In this document: piece by piece, positions 1 to 8,083 of the stretch | Numbering within the stretch: position 1 is the first letter of the stretch | How the letters are laid out: each line of letters opens with the position of its first letter | From: Candidatus Bathyarchaeia archaeon | GTDB taxonomy: Archaea; Thermoproteota; Bathyarchaeia; TCS64 | NCBI GenBank assembly: GCA_050014495.1 | Contig: JBEKDF010000049.1 | Coordinates: 1 to 17,558, forward strand | Length of the DNA stretch: 17,558 nt | Reading direction: 5' to 3' | Made by a program: the position numbers and the translations under genes | The notes under the pieces: generated by a model | What the model was told of the DNA's origin: nothing | What the model saw: only the letters and a program-made list of their open reading frames with translations | Database searches by the model: none

Positions 1-118
1 CGAAGACTGTGAATGGTCCTGGCCCGTTTAGCGTATCAACTAATCCCGCTGCTTGTACCGCGGCTACTAGTGTCTTGAATGTGCCTGCTTGAACTGCGAC
101 ATCTACTATTGTTGACAT
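1..118 (-). CDS. Fasciclin (FAS1) domain protein, 5' part only (runs off the window edge); not in ORF track
   Basis: Manual translation from ATG at 118: [39 protein letters not shown]. This matches the FAS1 N-terminal H1 signature (FxTLvaAl.aAGLv.tL.g.GPfTVFAP). No signal peptide precedes it. Confidence 0.93.
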   Translation of the reverse strand, partial: MSTIVDVAVQAGTFKTLVAAVQAAGLVDTLNGPGPFTVF

Positions 119-146
119 TTTAATCTGATTTTTAAGATGAATCGTG

Positions 147-157
147 GTTTATAAAGA
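147..157 (-). promoter_or_regulatory. Putative TATA box of the fasciclin gene
   Basis: Minus strand CTTTATAAAC about 30 nt upstream of ATG 118, inside a ~20% GC intergenic region. Confidence 0.55.
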
Positions 158-272
158 GTGATTTATGATTAAATCTAGTATGTTATATTTTTTCATTTAT
201 TTTGCATTATTAATTACGAATGATTATTTGGATTGATTAGATTAAAAAATATTGGTATGATTAGTTTTTGTT

Positions 273-785
273 TTAGATATTTACTTCGACAGCTACTTCA
301 TTTCTTCTAAGGAACCAGGGTGTGAATGGTGGGTTGTATCTCATCAACACCACCTCGCCTTTCGGTTCAATGTTATTTTTGTGCAGTGTGTCGAGTAGTA
401 TTTTCTTTTTCTTTTCTATCGTATCGTTTCTAGCCCATCCACTGAACCTGAGGACAGCCATCGATCTGGCGGGTTGCTCTTGGATGGTGATGTGGGGGTC
501 AGTTGGCTCAGGGACTGTTTCTCTTGTATACATGGATGGGACGATGAAGGACATGGAATCCGCGTCTGTGAATACGGGTGAGGTCATCGCGATCTTCTCG
601 GGGGTTATGACTGGCGCAGTCATCGAGATCTTCTTACTCCCCCTATTGGCTCCGGAGATGTAACGGAATAGCAGACTGAACAGATCGGCGTCCCCCTTTG
701 CAGTGGCTAGGAATATTGAGGGGTATTTTCTTATTTCTACATCGTCGAGTTTTCTCGTGACTTCATAGTTTGGGGACTCTACCAA
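273..785 (-). CDS. SOUL family heme-binding protein
   Basis: E.P.YEV, EIRxYP, LFRYISGAN, doubled KI(S/A)MT(A/S)PV, MSFIVP, AVLRFSG and C-terminal RYNPPFTPWFLRRNEV are characteristic SOUL motifs; TTG start. Confidence 0.93.
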   Translation of the reverse strand: MVESPNYEVTRKLDDVEIRKYPSIFLATAKGDADLFSLLFRYISGANRGSKKISMTAPVITPEKIAMTSPVFTDADSMSFIVPSMYTRETVPEPTDPHITIQEQPARSMAVLRFSGWARNDTIEKKKKILLDTLHKNNIEPKGEVVLMRYNPPFTPWFLRRNEVAVEVNI

Positions 786-802
786 ATTTTATGCCCCCAA
801 TT

Positions 803-1567
803 TTACTTATTTTTCCTCCCTCGTAGAATAGCTAGGGCTGCGTCCAATGCTATGATGGCTGCTCCGATTATAGCTGCGTAGGCTATTAATGGAGTGAGGT
901 TAGATTGCTTTACGTATATGCCGATGAGTGCCCAAATTAGGACCACGGAGTATGCAATATCTCTACGTGTCCAGAGTACTATCCCCGTAATGAGGATTGC
1001 AACAACTATTACTAAGATGGTCCAGTTGACTGCTCCCAAGAATAGGTCAGCTTGTCCGAGTGAAACTAGTGCAGCTGCTACGTTGGCTATGGTTGCGACT
1101 GTGATCCAACCCAGGTATACGCTGAAGGGGAGTTGTACGAACAGCATTTCGTTTCTCTGGACCTTCTCAACTCCTATTCCGAGTCTCGTGTATATGGTAA
1201 TAAGTGCAAGGAGGAGACCTAGCATCAGGACTACTGATGCAGATATCATCTCATAGTGCCAGAGTAGCAGCCAGCAAATGTTGATGACGCAGCTGAGGAT
1301 GAATAGGTAACCTACCTTGTCTTGGAAGGGCGCTTCTCTTCTCTTTGAAGAGTATTGGTAAGCGACGAAACCTAGTAGGAGAAGGTAGATGACACCCCAT
1401 ATTCCGAAGACATATCCCGCAGGCGCTATTAGTGTAGCGTATTTGTCGGATATTTCCCCAGTTAGGTGTCCGTTGATGCCAATGGCTCCCGCTAGTGAAT
1501 TAACAATTACTACAACTATGTAGGCGAGTATGTTCCCGTACCTTAATAGATTCCAGTTGGACTTCAT
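803..1567 (-). CDS. TspO/MBR-related tryptophan-rich sensory membrane protein (long, ~7-8 TM form)
   Basis: TGEISDKYATLIAPAGYVFGIWGVIY, NICWLLLWHY, PFSVYLGWITVATIAN, WALIGI; multiple hydrophobic helices; 17 nt upstream of the SOUL gene (likely operon). Confidence 0.85.
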   Translation of the reverse strand: MKSNWNLLRYGNILAYIVVVIVNSLAGAIGINGHLTGEISDKYATLIAPAGYVFGIWGVIYLLLLGFVAYQYSSKRREAPFQDKVGYLFILSCVINICWLLLWHYEMISASVVLMLGLLLALITIYTRLGIGVEKVQRNEMLFVQLPFSVYLGWITVATIANVAAALVSLGQADLFLGAVNWTILVIVVAILITGIVLWTRRDIAYSVVLIWALIGIYVKQSNLTPLIAYAAIIGAAIIALDAALAILRGRKNK

Positions 1568-1771
1568 TGAGAATACCGTTTGTGATTTGGTAACCCGAGT
1601 TTATTGCTTTTTCTTTTCAGTCGCGCCCACAATTCTGAAATTCATTAGTTTATTCTTGGAGAATGGAACGATGAGGTTTACAACTAAATTATCGAAGCAG
1701 CAGCACACTTGGGCAATTTAAAAACATCTAAATCCAAGTATACCACCAAGCTATCACCTGGAGGAGTCGCT

Positions 1772-2239
1772 GTGATAGGTCCGATTCAGGTCGAGATTCT
1801 GAGACATCTACACGACTCCCCAAATGGCATATCACTTGAGGACCTCTTGAAGCAGTACAGATACAAGCAGGGCGGTGAGAGGAGTCTCTCCAGGCTCGAG
1901 AGGGAGGGTCATATCAATATAATAAAGGGGGTTGTACATTTCCAGAGTTTCCCTCCGGAGATGGAGACCCGTGTAACGATCAAGACTTACTCAGTTGAAC
2001 AGCTAGAGGAGCTCGACGACCTTAGCCGGAGAAATCTTCTTTATCTCTACCAGGATGAGCTCGCTAAGTATCAGGACGGAGTTGTACCCGCGAACGCCAT
2101 ACCTCAGGGAGTTAGGCGCTCTTTACAGCATCTTGGAGTAATAAAATGGAAGATACTCGAACTCACCGACCTTGGCCGCAGACTCTTAGGTGAGGTAATG
2201 TCAAGGACTCCACCGATACAGCAGGGAATTGGATACTAG
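1772..2239 (+). CDS. Hypothetical protein with two probable winged-helix domains
   Basis: ORF 1709-2239. GTG at 1772 is preferred: GGAGG at 1760-1764, TTTAAAAA near 1717. QVEILRHL..GISLEDL..SLSRLEREGHI and RRSLQHLGVI..LELTDLGRRLL resemble wHTH cores. Confidence 0.6.
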   Translation: MIGPIQVEILRHLHDSPNGISLEDLLKQYRYKQGGERSLSRLEREGHINIIKGVVHFQSFPPEMETRVTIKTYSVEQLEELDDLSRRNLLYLYQDELAKYQDGVVPANAIPQGVRRSLQHLGVIKWKILELTDLGRRLLGEVMSRTPPIQQGIGY

Positions 2240-2285
2240 AAACGAGAGGAAAATATTTTCAGAGTTTCAAATAGAATAAATAGAT

Positions 2286-2316
2286 AAAAAAAACGTTAAC
2301 GCGAGTAGATCTCGCG
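2286..2316 (-). terminator. Putative terminator after the zinc-ribbon gene (hairpin plus T8)
   Basis: Minus strand CGCGAG-ATCTA-CTCGCG stem-loop (2316-2300), then TTAACG and TTTTTTTT (2293-2286), between convergent genes. Confidence 0.6.
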
Positions 2317-2336
2317 CTCGTGGCTCACTTTACGGC

Positions 2337-2507
2337 TTAGAACCTTCTCGGTGGCCTGTGCTTGGCGAAGCACTCTTGACAGTAGACTGGACGGCCCTCT
2401 GTTGGCTTGAAGGGGACTTCAGTCTCCTTGCCACAGTCAGAGCACGTTACCTTGTGCATCTCGCGTGGTCCACTGTTGAAGCTGCTACGCCTGTCTCTAT
2501 AACCCAT
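2337..2507 (-). CDS. CxxC-x17-CxxC zinc-ribbon domain protein (56 aa); not in ORF track
   Basis: Manual translation MGYRDRRSSFNSGPREMHKVTCSDCGKETEVPFKPTEGRPVYCQECFAKHRPPRRF*. It carries the family signature PREMH..TCSDCG...EVPFKP..GRPVYC..CF. RBS-like AGGAGTGA at 2520-2513. Confidence 0.95.
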   Translation of the reverse strand: MGYRDRRSSFNSGPREMHKVTCSDCGKETEVPFKPTEGRPVYCQECFAKHRPPRRF

Positions 2508-2523
2508 TTCATTCACTCCTTTA

Positions 2524-2589
2524 CTGTATAACGGTTACCTAGAAGGCTCCCAATATACAGGCATGCCATTCCATGCCCCCTTTTTAAAG
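2524..2589 (-). promoter_or_regulatory. Promoter and structured 5' leader of the zinc-ribbon gene
   Basis: TATA-like TTTAAAAA (2588-2581); GGCATG-N6-CATGCC inverted repeat (2560-2577); long imperfect hairpin 2524-2560 ending just before the RBS. Confidence 0.5.
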
Positions 2590-2599
2590 ATATTTATTT

Positions 2600-2609
2600 G
2601 CGCGCGCGC
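2600..2609. repeat. (GC)5 alternating tract
   Basis: GCGCGCGCGC, 3 nt past the GH172 stop codon. Confidence 0.9.
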
Positions 2610-2612
2610 CCG

Positions 2613-3803
2613 CTATTTGGTCTCCAGCTTTCTTTGCATAACTTTGTTAACAAGCATTTCTAGTCCCTCATAGTCGGCATGGAGGAAGTCGTTGTCGTCC
2701 AGTCCCTTCAACTCTGGGGGAATGATACCTTTGGCCTTGGCCTTTCTTAGCTGTAGCCTGAGGCGCGCTGCCTCCGAGATCACCTTTCTCCGCTCGACAT
2801 TAGCTGGAGGGTCCTGAATTAATTCACTCATGAGATAGGCTTCCTCCCTAGTTCCTATTGGTGTAACATAGCCTGCGTCGTCTGGGATGTTTCCGAATGA
2901 TGTATCGTGAGGCTCCAGCTGGTACCAGTAGGCGAGACTCGAGTAGTCTTCCTGAAGCATGTTGCAGTTACCATGTTCGATTGCGACCCTAATCTTGTCT
3001 TTAAATGGAATTGGGTCGGGGATATGTAGTCTGTAGGCTGAATATTTACTATTCATCTTGTCTCCTACTGTGAGGCCGTGAAAGGGTGCCGAAAAGGGAC
3101 CGTTCTCCCAGTACCAGCCACCTTGGAAGTAGTCCTCTGTCCCCGTGCCCTTGATGCTGGGCTCGTCCTCTCCGTCTACCCAGATCATTTCATCTCCCTC
3201 TAACATGAAGCGGCTCCCTTTATCGTAGGCCTGCATACTTAGAACGACGCCACAGTAGTGGCCCTGTCCCTTTGCCTCGAGGATTGTGTAGTTTTCACCG
3301 ATCTTTGTAGGGTTCTCACGTTTCCACTTTGCATGGAACCTAGGTATGTCCTCATTGACCTCAGTCTCATGGATCTGTATCCCAAAGTATAGGTGGGAGA
3401 CATCGATGTCGCCAATGTTTCTCGCCTCGAATCGGGCGCCCTTTGTGAAAGGCATCGGCCAATAACTGTAGAAGCCGCCGCTTGTCACTCCCTGTATCAG
3501 ACTTGTATTCTGGGCGTATTCACTGAAGCCGACTCCGAAGAAATCACCGAAGGGGGCTTCTACACTAGGATTCTCCTCCCCATCCCAGTAAAAGCGGAGA
3601 ATGAGCTTCCGGTAGATGTCTTTATCTGGACACATCAATGTGAACCAGACACGGGAGACCCAACCTGACCCCTTCACCTCGCCGAGGTCCACAGTCTTTC
3701 CAGCGGGAACGGAGACGAAGTCCATGTTACCACCCTCTGGGTCGCTACTGGATAACTGCCGGGTCTTCCACTTCTTCAACTTGGGTAGATCAGATACACC
3801 CAT
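2613..3803 (-). CDS. DUF2961 / glycoside hydrolase family 172 protein
   Basis: LRFYWDGEENPSVEAPFGDFFG, YWPMPF, RFHAKW, GQGHYCG, LEGDEMIWVDGE, GTGTEDYFQGGW, AYRLHIPDPIPF, DYSSLAYWYQ. ORF extends to 3824; ATG 3803, preceded by GGTGGG, is an equally plausible start. Confidence 0.92.
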   Translation of the reverse strand: MGVSDLPKLKKWKTRQLSSSDPEGGNMDFVSVPAGKTVDLGEVKGSGWVSRVWFTLMCPDKDIYRKLILRFYWDGEENPSVEAPFGDFFGVGFSEYAQNTSLIQGVTSGGFYSYWPMPFTKGARFEARNIGDIDVSHLYFGIQIHETEVNEDIPRFHAKWKRENPTKIGENYTILEAKGQGHYCGVVLSMQAYDKGSRFMLEGDEMIWVDGEDEPSIKGTGTEDYFQGGWYWENGPFSAPFHGLTVGDKMNSKYSAYRLHIPDPIPFKDKIRVAIEHGNCNMLQEDYSSLAYWYQLEPHDTSFGNIPDDAGYVTPIGTREEAYLMSELIQDPPANVERRKVISEAARLRLQLRKAKAKGIIPPELKGLDDNDFLHADYEGLEMLVNKVMQRKLETK

Positions 3804-3942
3804 CCCACCAATGCTTGAGAACATGGTAAAGTATTTTAGAACTCAATAATTGAAGCTTTAGACCGCGGCTTTGCCCCATCGCAAGGAACGTAGCTTAGCC
3901 TTCTATTGGTTAATAATCAAATTCGCATGCGCTGAGATTTTC

Positions 3943-5115
3943 TTACTCGAAGCCGTGCCACATTCTTTCGAACAGACCAATGGCTTCGTCTTTGTTCATA
4001 CTCCTCGGGTTAACAGCAAGTAGTCTCTGTATTCTCATAGTCTCGTCGGCCATGAGTGGGATCTCATCGTGCTTTATTTCGAGTTCCTCGAGGCTTAGTG
4101 GGATGCCGAGGTCGTTGTTGAGTCTTGCCACGGCGTTAACTGCCTCGTATGCTGCTTGCCTAGGATGCATACTGCTCGTGTCCTCACCTAGGGCTTCAGC
4201 GACATCGGCGAGTCTCTCAGGTATTGCTAAGAGGTTGTATTCCATTATGAAGGGGAGTGCCATAGCACAGGTGAAGCCATGGGGGAGCTGCTTCATTACC
4301 GCGAACCCGTATGCAACGGCGTGTCCGCCGCATGTACTCGAGTTGGCGATCGATAATCCTCCAAGCATACTGGCCATGCTCATATTCGCTCGGGCCTCAA
4401 CGTTGCCTCCTTGTGCATATGCGAGGCGTAGGTTGTCTGTGATGAGCCTCATGGATTGGAGTGCGACCGCGTCCGCGAAGCTGTTATTTTTTAGTGACAT
4501 ATATGCCTCGATGGCGTGACTGAGGGCGTCCATGCCCGTGTTGGCGGTGACCTTCTGAGGTAGGCTCAGTGTAAGTGCTGGGTCGACGAGGGCGGTGTCT
4601 GGCATGATGTAGGGGTGAGTTATTCCCGTCTTCATATCTTTGTATGTGACGACGAGGGTCGCCGTAGCCTCACTGCCTGTTCCACTTGTCGTCGGGATTG
4701 CTAGGAGGGGGATTCCTCTCCTAGCAAGTGGGACTCCGCCAACATAGTCTTTGAAGTCCCCCTGGTTAGTGCGCATCAATGCAGCGACCTTCGCCATGTC
4801 GAGGCTGCTTCCTCCCCCGACTCCCACAACGGAGTCGTACTCCTTCTTCCTCGAGAATTTAGTGAGAGCTTCAGCTACGGGCATCGTTGGCTCGGGCTCC
4901 ACCTTGTCCCAGATGTCGACATCGAAGCCCTCGGATGTAAGGGGCCCACACACCTTGTCAACTATCTTTAGCTTCATCACGGTCTCGTCCGTGACCAGTA
5001 GGATCTTCTTCCCCCCGAGCTGCTTCGCCTCTTCAGGGACTTTGTCAACTGAGCCGACTCCGAAGAGGGTCTTACGGGGTGCTAGAAGTGTTCTTAGAAC
5101 TCCCATGTCTGGCAT
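3943..5115 (-). CDS. Iron-containing (type III) alcohol dehydrogenase
   Basis: GGGSSLDMAK, PTTSGTGSEAT, metal ligands in DALSHAIE / GHAVAY / PHG. Confidence 0.95.
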   Translation of the reverse strand: MPDMGVLRTLLAPRKTLFGVGSVDKVPEEAKQLGGKKILLVTDETVMKLKIVDKVCGPLTSEGFDVDIWDKVEPEPTMPVAEALTKFSRKKEYDSVVGVGGGSSLDMAKVAALMRTNQGDFKDYVGGVPLARRGIPLLAIPTTSGTGSEATATLVVTYKDMKTGITHPYIMPDTALVDPALTLSLPQKVTANTGMDALSHAIEAYMSLKNNSFADAVALQSMRLITDNLRLAYAQGGNVEARANMSMASMLGGLSIANSSTCGGHAVAYGFAVMKQLPHGFTCAMALPFIMEYNLLAIPERLADVAEALGEDTSSMHPRQAAYEAVNAVARLNNDLGIPLSLEELEIKHDEIPLMADETMRIQRLLAVNPRSMNKDEAIGLFERMWHGFE

Positions 5116-5172
5116 GGCTTGTCTTTTCTCCGGACTCTAGCAGGGCTTAGGATTATTTCTCATTTACGAAGA

Positions 5173-6120
5173 TTAATCGAGTTTCAGTAACCTCGCAGCA
5201 TTGCCATAGAATATCTTGTGGACCGTATCCTCCCCGACGCCGATGGCGCGTACCTCTCTGAGTTGCTCTCGGAGGTAGTCGACGCTAAACCCGCGTGGGA
5301 AATAGCTGGAGTCTGTACCGAATACTATGCGGTCTGGGCCTACTGTTTCTAAGCATTTTAGGAACAGGTCGCGGAGGGTGAGATTGTAAGGCATCCATGC
5401 CATCCACTGGTTGCTCCCCGAAGTGTCTATTAGCACGTTGGGGCAGGCCCAGCAGAGTTGGAGAAGCTCCCTGAAGTAACAGGCACCGAAGTGAGGTATA
5501 ATGAAGTTTAGTGTTGGGAAGCTCGCCGCGATCTCCCATAGGCTTAGTGGATCGAGGTTGTGGAGACTACGGGCGGGGCCACCACCGCCTCCGAGTACGC
5601 CAAAGTGGATTAGGACGGGGACCTCAAGCTTCTCAGCCATCTCCCACAGTGGGTAAGCAGCCTTGTCATCTATTGGGCGTGTGAGGCCTGATGCTATGAG
5701 CTTGTATCCCCTCAATCCGAGGACCTTCACACCCCTCTCGAGCTCGGTCGCAGCGTCTTCGGAGAATAGGTCGTGGTGGGCGAAGCCTGTGAACCTGTTT
5801 GGGTGCATCTTAACAATTTCTGAGAGGTTGTCGTTGCCTCCGCCCATGACGAAGTTTACCCTGCTGAGCCCCTTCGAGTCCATGTCGGTGATCCAGCGTT
5901 CGGCTTGCTCCTCGTCTGTATGAATATTAGTCTCGGGTGGGTCGAAGCCCCACTTTCTCCTCCACTCGTCCCTGTACCGAGCGGAGTTCTCTATGATGAT
6001 CTTCGCCTTCGCCTCCCCGTATCTTTGTTGAAGTGTTTGGGTAAAGCCTGCCCTCGACTCTGCTCGCTGTACGGGGAAGTGAGCGTGAAAATCTAGTACC
6101 TTCATTCCATAGAGATCCAT
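5173..6120 (-). CDS. Amidohydrolase_2 family metal-dependent hydrolase
   Basis: DFHAH (HxH), GLRGYKL, PVLIHFG, IIPHFG, NVLIDTS, RIVFGTDS, KIFYGNAARLL. Confidence 0.92.
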   Translation of the reverse strand: MDLYGMKVLDFHAHFPVQRAESRAGFTQTLQQRYGEAKAKIIIENSARYRDEWRRKWGFDPPETNIHTDEEQAERWITDMDSKGLSRVNFVMGGGNDNLSEIVKMHPNRFTGFAHHDLFSEDAATELERGVKVLGLRGYKLIASGLTRPIDDKAAYPLWEMAEKLEVPVLIHFGVLGGGGGPARSLHNLDPLSLWEIAASFPTLNFIIPHFGACYFRELLQLCWACPNVLIDTSGSNQWMAWMPYNLTLRDLFLKCLETVGPDRIVFGTDSSYFPRGFSVDYLREQLREVRAIGVGEDTVHKIFYGNAARLLKLD

Positions 6121-6225
6121 AGCATCAGCTCGACTAAGGATATGGGACGGGTCCTACGATTAAAGAATTTATTCGACTGGGGAAAGCGGTAATAACCCGC
6201 TTCACAACAACGATCCTCGGAGAAT

Positions 6226-6717
6226 GTGATCTTCTTGTCTGATAAAGTTGAATCGCTCAAGTCATTCGCCAACGTCGCCTTCGGGAGGTTCGATACCACC
6301 ATGAAGGACCTCAAGGAGTCGGAGATAGACTGGAAACCGGTCGATGAGGCAAACAACATCAGGTGGATCCTCACTCACCTCTCCCAACAGTGGAATGTTG
6401 GGATTCAGAGGACATTCAAGGGGGACAACAGTTACAAGCCAGCAGATTGGCCCGATGACTATGTCGGTAATAAGTCGATAACCTATGCAAAATTGTCTGC
6501 CGACTTGGCGAAGGGTAGAGCCGCGGTGCTTGAGGGTTTGGGAAAGCTAACAACTACCGATTTGACAGCCGAAGTACAGTCACCCAGTGGGCCAGTAAAA
6601 CGCTATGATAGACTGATGAGGCAGTTGTCTGAGATCGTGCATCACGAGGGTCAGATCGCGTATATTCGTGGCGCTATTGGACGTAAGAGGCAGAAGGACG
6701 GCCACTTCCTCGCTTAA
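6226..6717 (+). CDS. DinB/YfiT-like family protein
   Basis: IDWKP...NNIRWILTHL and C-terminal IVHHEGQIAYIR are typical of the DinB four-helix bundle. The true start may be TTG 6235. Confidence 0.85.
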   Translation: MIFLSDKVESLKSFANVAFGRFDTTMKDLKESEIDWKPVDEANNIRWILTHLSQQWNVGIQRTFKGDNSYKPADWPDDYVGNKSITYAKLSADLAKGRAAVLEGLGKLTTTDLTAEVQSPSGPVKRYDRLMRQLSEIVHHEGQIAYIRGAIGRKRQKDGHFLA

Positions 6718-6726
6718 TCATTTATT

Positions 6727-7230
6727 TCAGAAGTTTACCTCTGCGGACTTTTTCCCCGTCAGCTCCTCGATGCTGATCCAGCCAATGGTCGTCCTCCCAA
6801 TCTCAGTATCCTTCCCTATTCGGATCATGTGTGGGTCGACCTTTCCATTAGGGGAGGGCTTCTCCTGGTTTGTGAACATGTAGCTCATTATACGTCTCTT
6901 CTCGGCCTTTGTCTCCGCTAAGTGGACGGTGCCACCAAACATTGCGGTTACATAAAGGTGGTTACATTTCCCCTCGACGTAGCCATGGTCTATGATGGCC
7001 TGGCCCCATATGTGGCTGTTGGCCCTCATGTAGTCGAGCTTTTTTCCCTCGGAGGCACAGTGGAAGTAGAGTCGCTTGCCATCTGGATCATAGGCGTGAC
7101 TGAGGCTAACGAGGTATGGTATGTTGTCCTTGCACATTGCGATCGTGATGTATCGGGTTTCCTTTAGGATCCGCTCAAGCTTATCGGAGTCGGTTATTGC
7201 CCTGTCAAGGCGTCTCATGTGATACTTCAT
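6727..7230 (-). CDS. Pyridoxamine 5'-phosphate oxidase-like / NimA-like flavin-binding protein
   Basis: MRRLDRAI (cf. MRRKDREI), PYLVSLSHAY, LYFHCASEGKKLD, IEELTGKK. Confidence 0.9.
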   Translation of the reverse strand: MKYHMRRLDRAITDSDKLERILKETRYITIAMCKDNIPYLVSLSHAYDPDGKRLYFHCASEGKKLDYMRANSHIWGQAIIDHGYVEGKCNHLYVTAMFGGTVHLAETKAEKRRIMSYMFTNQEKPSPNGKVDPHMIRIGKDTEIGRTTIGWISIEELTGKKSAEVNF

Positions 7231-7360
7231 GGCAGTTTCTGTTTTTAGAGGGTTCTCGGTTTAATAAAAGTGGACGGGTGGGGTGAGGAAATTCTTTCTA
7301 GGTTATTATATTACCCATATGAGCGCACGCGTTTTCAAGCCCGATTCGCCTGCATAATGT

Positions 7361-8011
7361 TTAATGGACTAGGGTTAGCTCGATCCGCTCCTTACCCCTC
7401 CCGGGTTTGCTTCCACGTTTGAGTGAGATTTGACCGATCTCCGATGTGTTCCTGACGTGAGTCCCGCCGCACTCCATTGCGGGGAAGGACGCCACTTTCC
7501 AGATGAGCCTTCCTTCACCTGATTCCTGCCTATGGGTTATTGGTAAACCATCGGCTATATGCCGGTTGACTCTCTCCTCTACCTCTGCCAGTTTCACTCT
7601 GTCGAGGGGCACGTCGAAGAGGTAGTCGGATCTGTCCTTCAAGTCGTCCAGAAGCCCCGAAGAGGTGGGCTTGCAGCCTTCTCCGAAGACCACTCTCATA
7701 ATGTAGTATACGAGGTGGGAAGCCGAGTGGAGGCGCATTATTCTGTATCTTCTATTCCAGTCGATTACTCCGTGGACGCTTTGTCCGATGTTGAATTGGG
7801 ATGTGTCTTCGAGTAAGTGGTGTACTTCGTCTCCCTCCCTAATAGTATCCAATACCCTTGACCCTGAAAGCACTCCTGTGTCTCCAACTTGGCCGCCTCC
7901 TCTGGGGAAGAAACACGTCCTGTCGAGGACTATGAATTTGTCCTCGGCTCTGAGAATTGTGGCGTCGAATTCCCTTTGGTAGGGGTCGTCTCTAAAGATG
8001 AGGATTGTCAA
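7361..8011 (-). CDS. alaX: Free-standing alanyl-tRNA editing protein (AlaX-M type)
   Basis: LDRTCFFPRGGGQVGDTG, IDWNRRYRIMRLHSASHL (HxxxH), ECGGTHVRNTSEIG (CxxxH); 216 aa; TTG start. Confidence 0.92.
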   Translation of the reverse strand: MTILIFRDDPYQREFDATILRAEDKFIVLDRTCFFPRGGGQVGDTGVLSGSRVLDTIREGDEVHHLLEDTSQFNIGQSVHGVIDWNRRYRIMRLHSASHLVYYIMRVVFGEGCKPTSSGLLDDLKDRSDYLFDVPLDRVKLAEVEERVNRHIADGLPITHRQESGEGRLIWKVASFPAMECGGTHVRNTSEIGQISLKRGSKPGRGKERIELTLVH

Positions 8012-8083
8012 GTCAAGATTAGGAGGACGCTTTGGCGAATTAAACCTCCTATCGTGTGTGTAATGCTAGGATGTTTTCCTAAT

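Noticed and set aside
570..635. Internal KIxMTxPV duplication in the SOUL protein as a novelty
   Set aside because: The doubled motif is common in prokaryotic SOUL proteins.
1772..1945. First wHTH domain as a Z-alpha (Z-DNA-binding) domain partnering the CG tracts
   Set aside because: The Z-alpha recognition residues (NxxxY in helix 3, wing P-P-x-W) are absent; only a generic wHTH pattern is visible.
2535..2615. Pyrrolysine-type read-through of the GH172 TAG stop
   Set aside because: The read-through frame crosses the CG tract and the next promoter and stops after ~25 codons with no protein-like features; no pyl genes are in the window.
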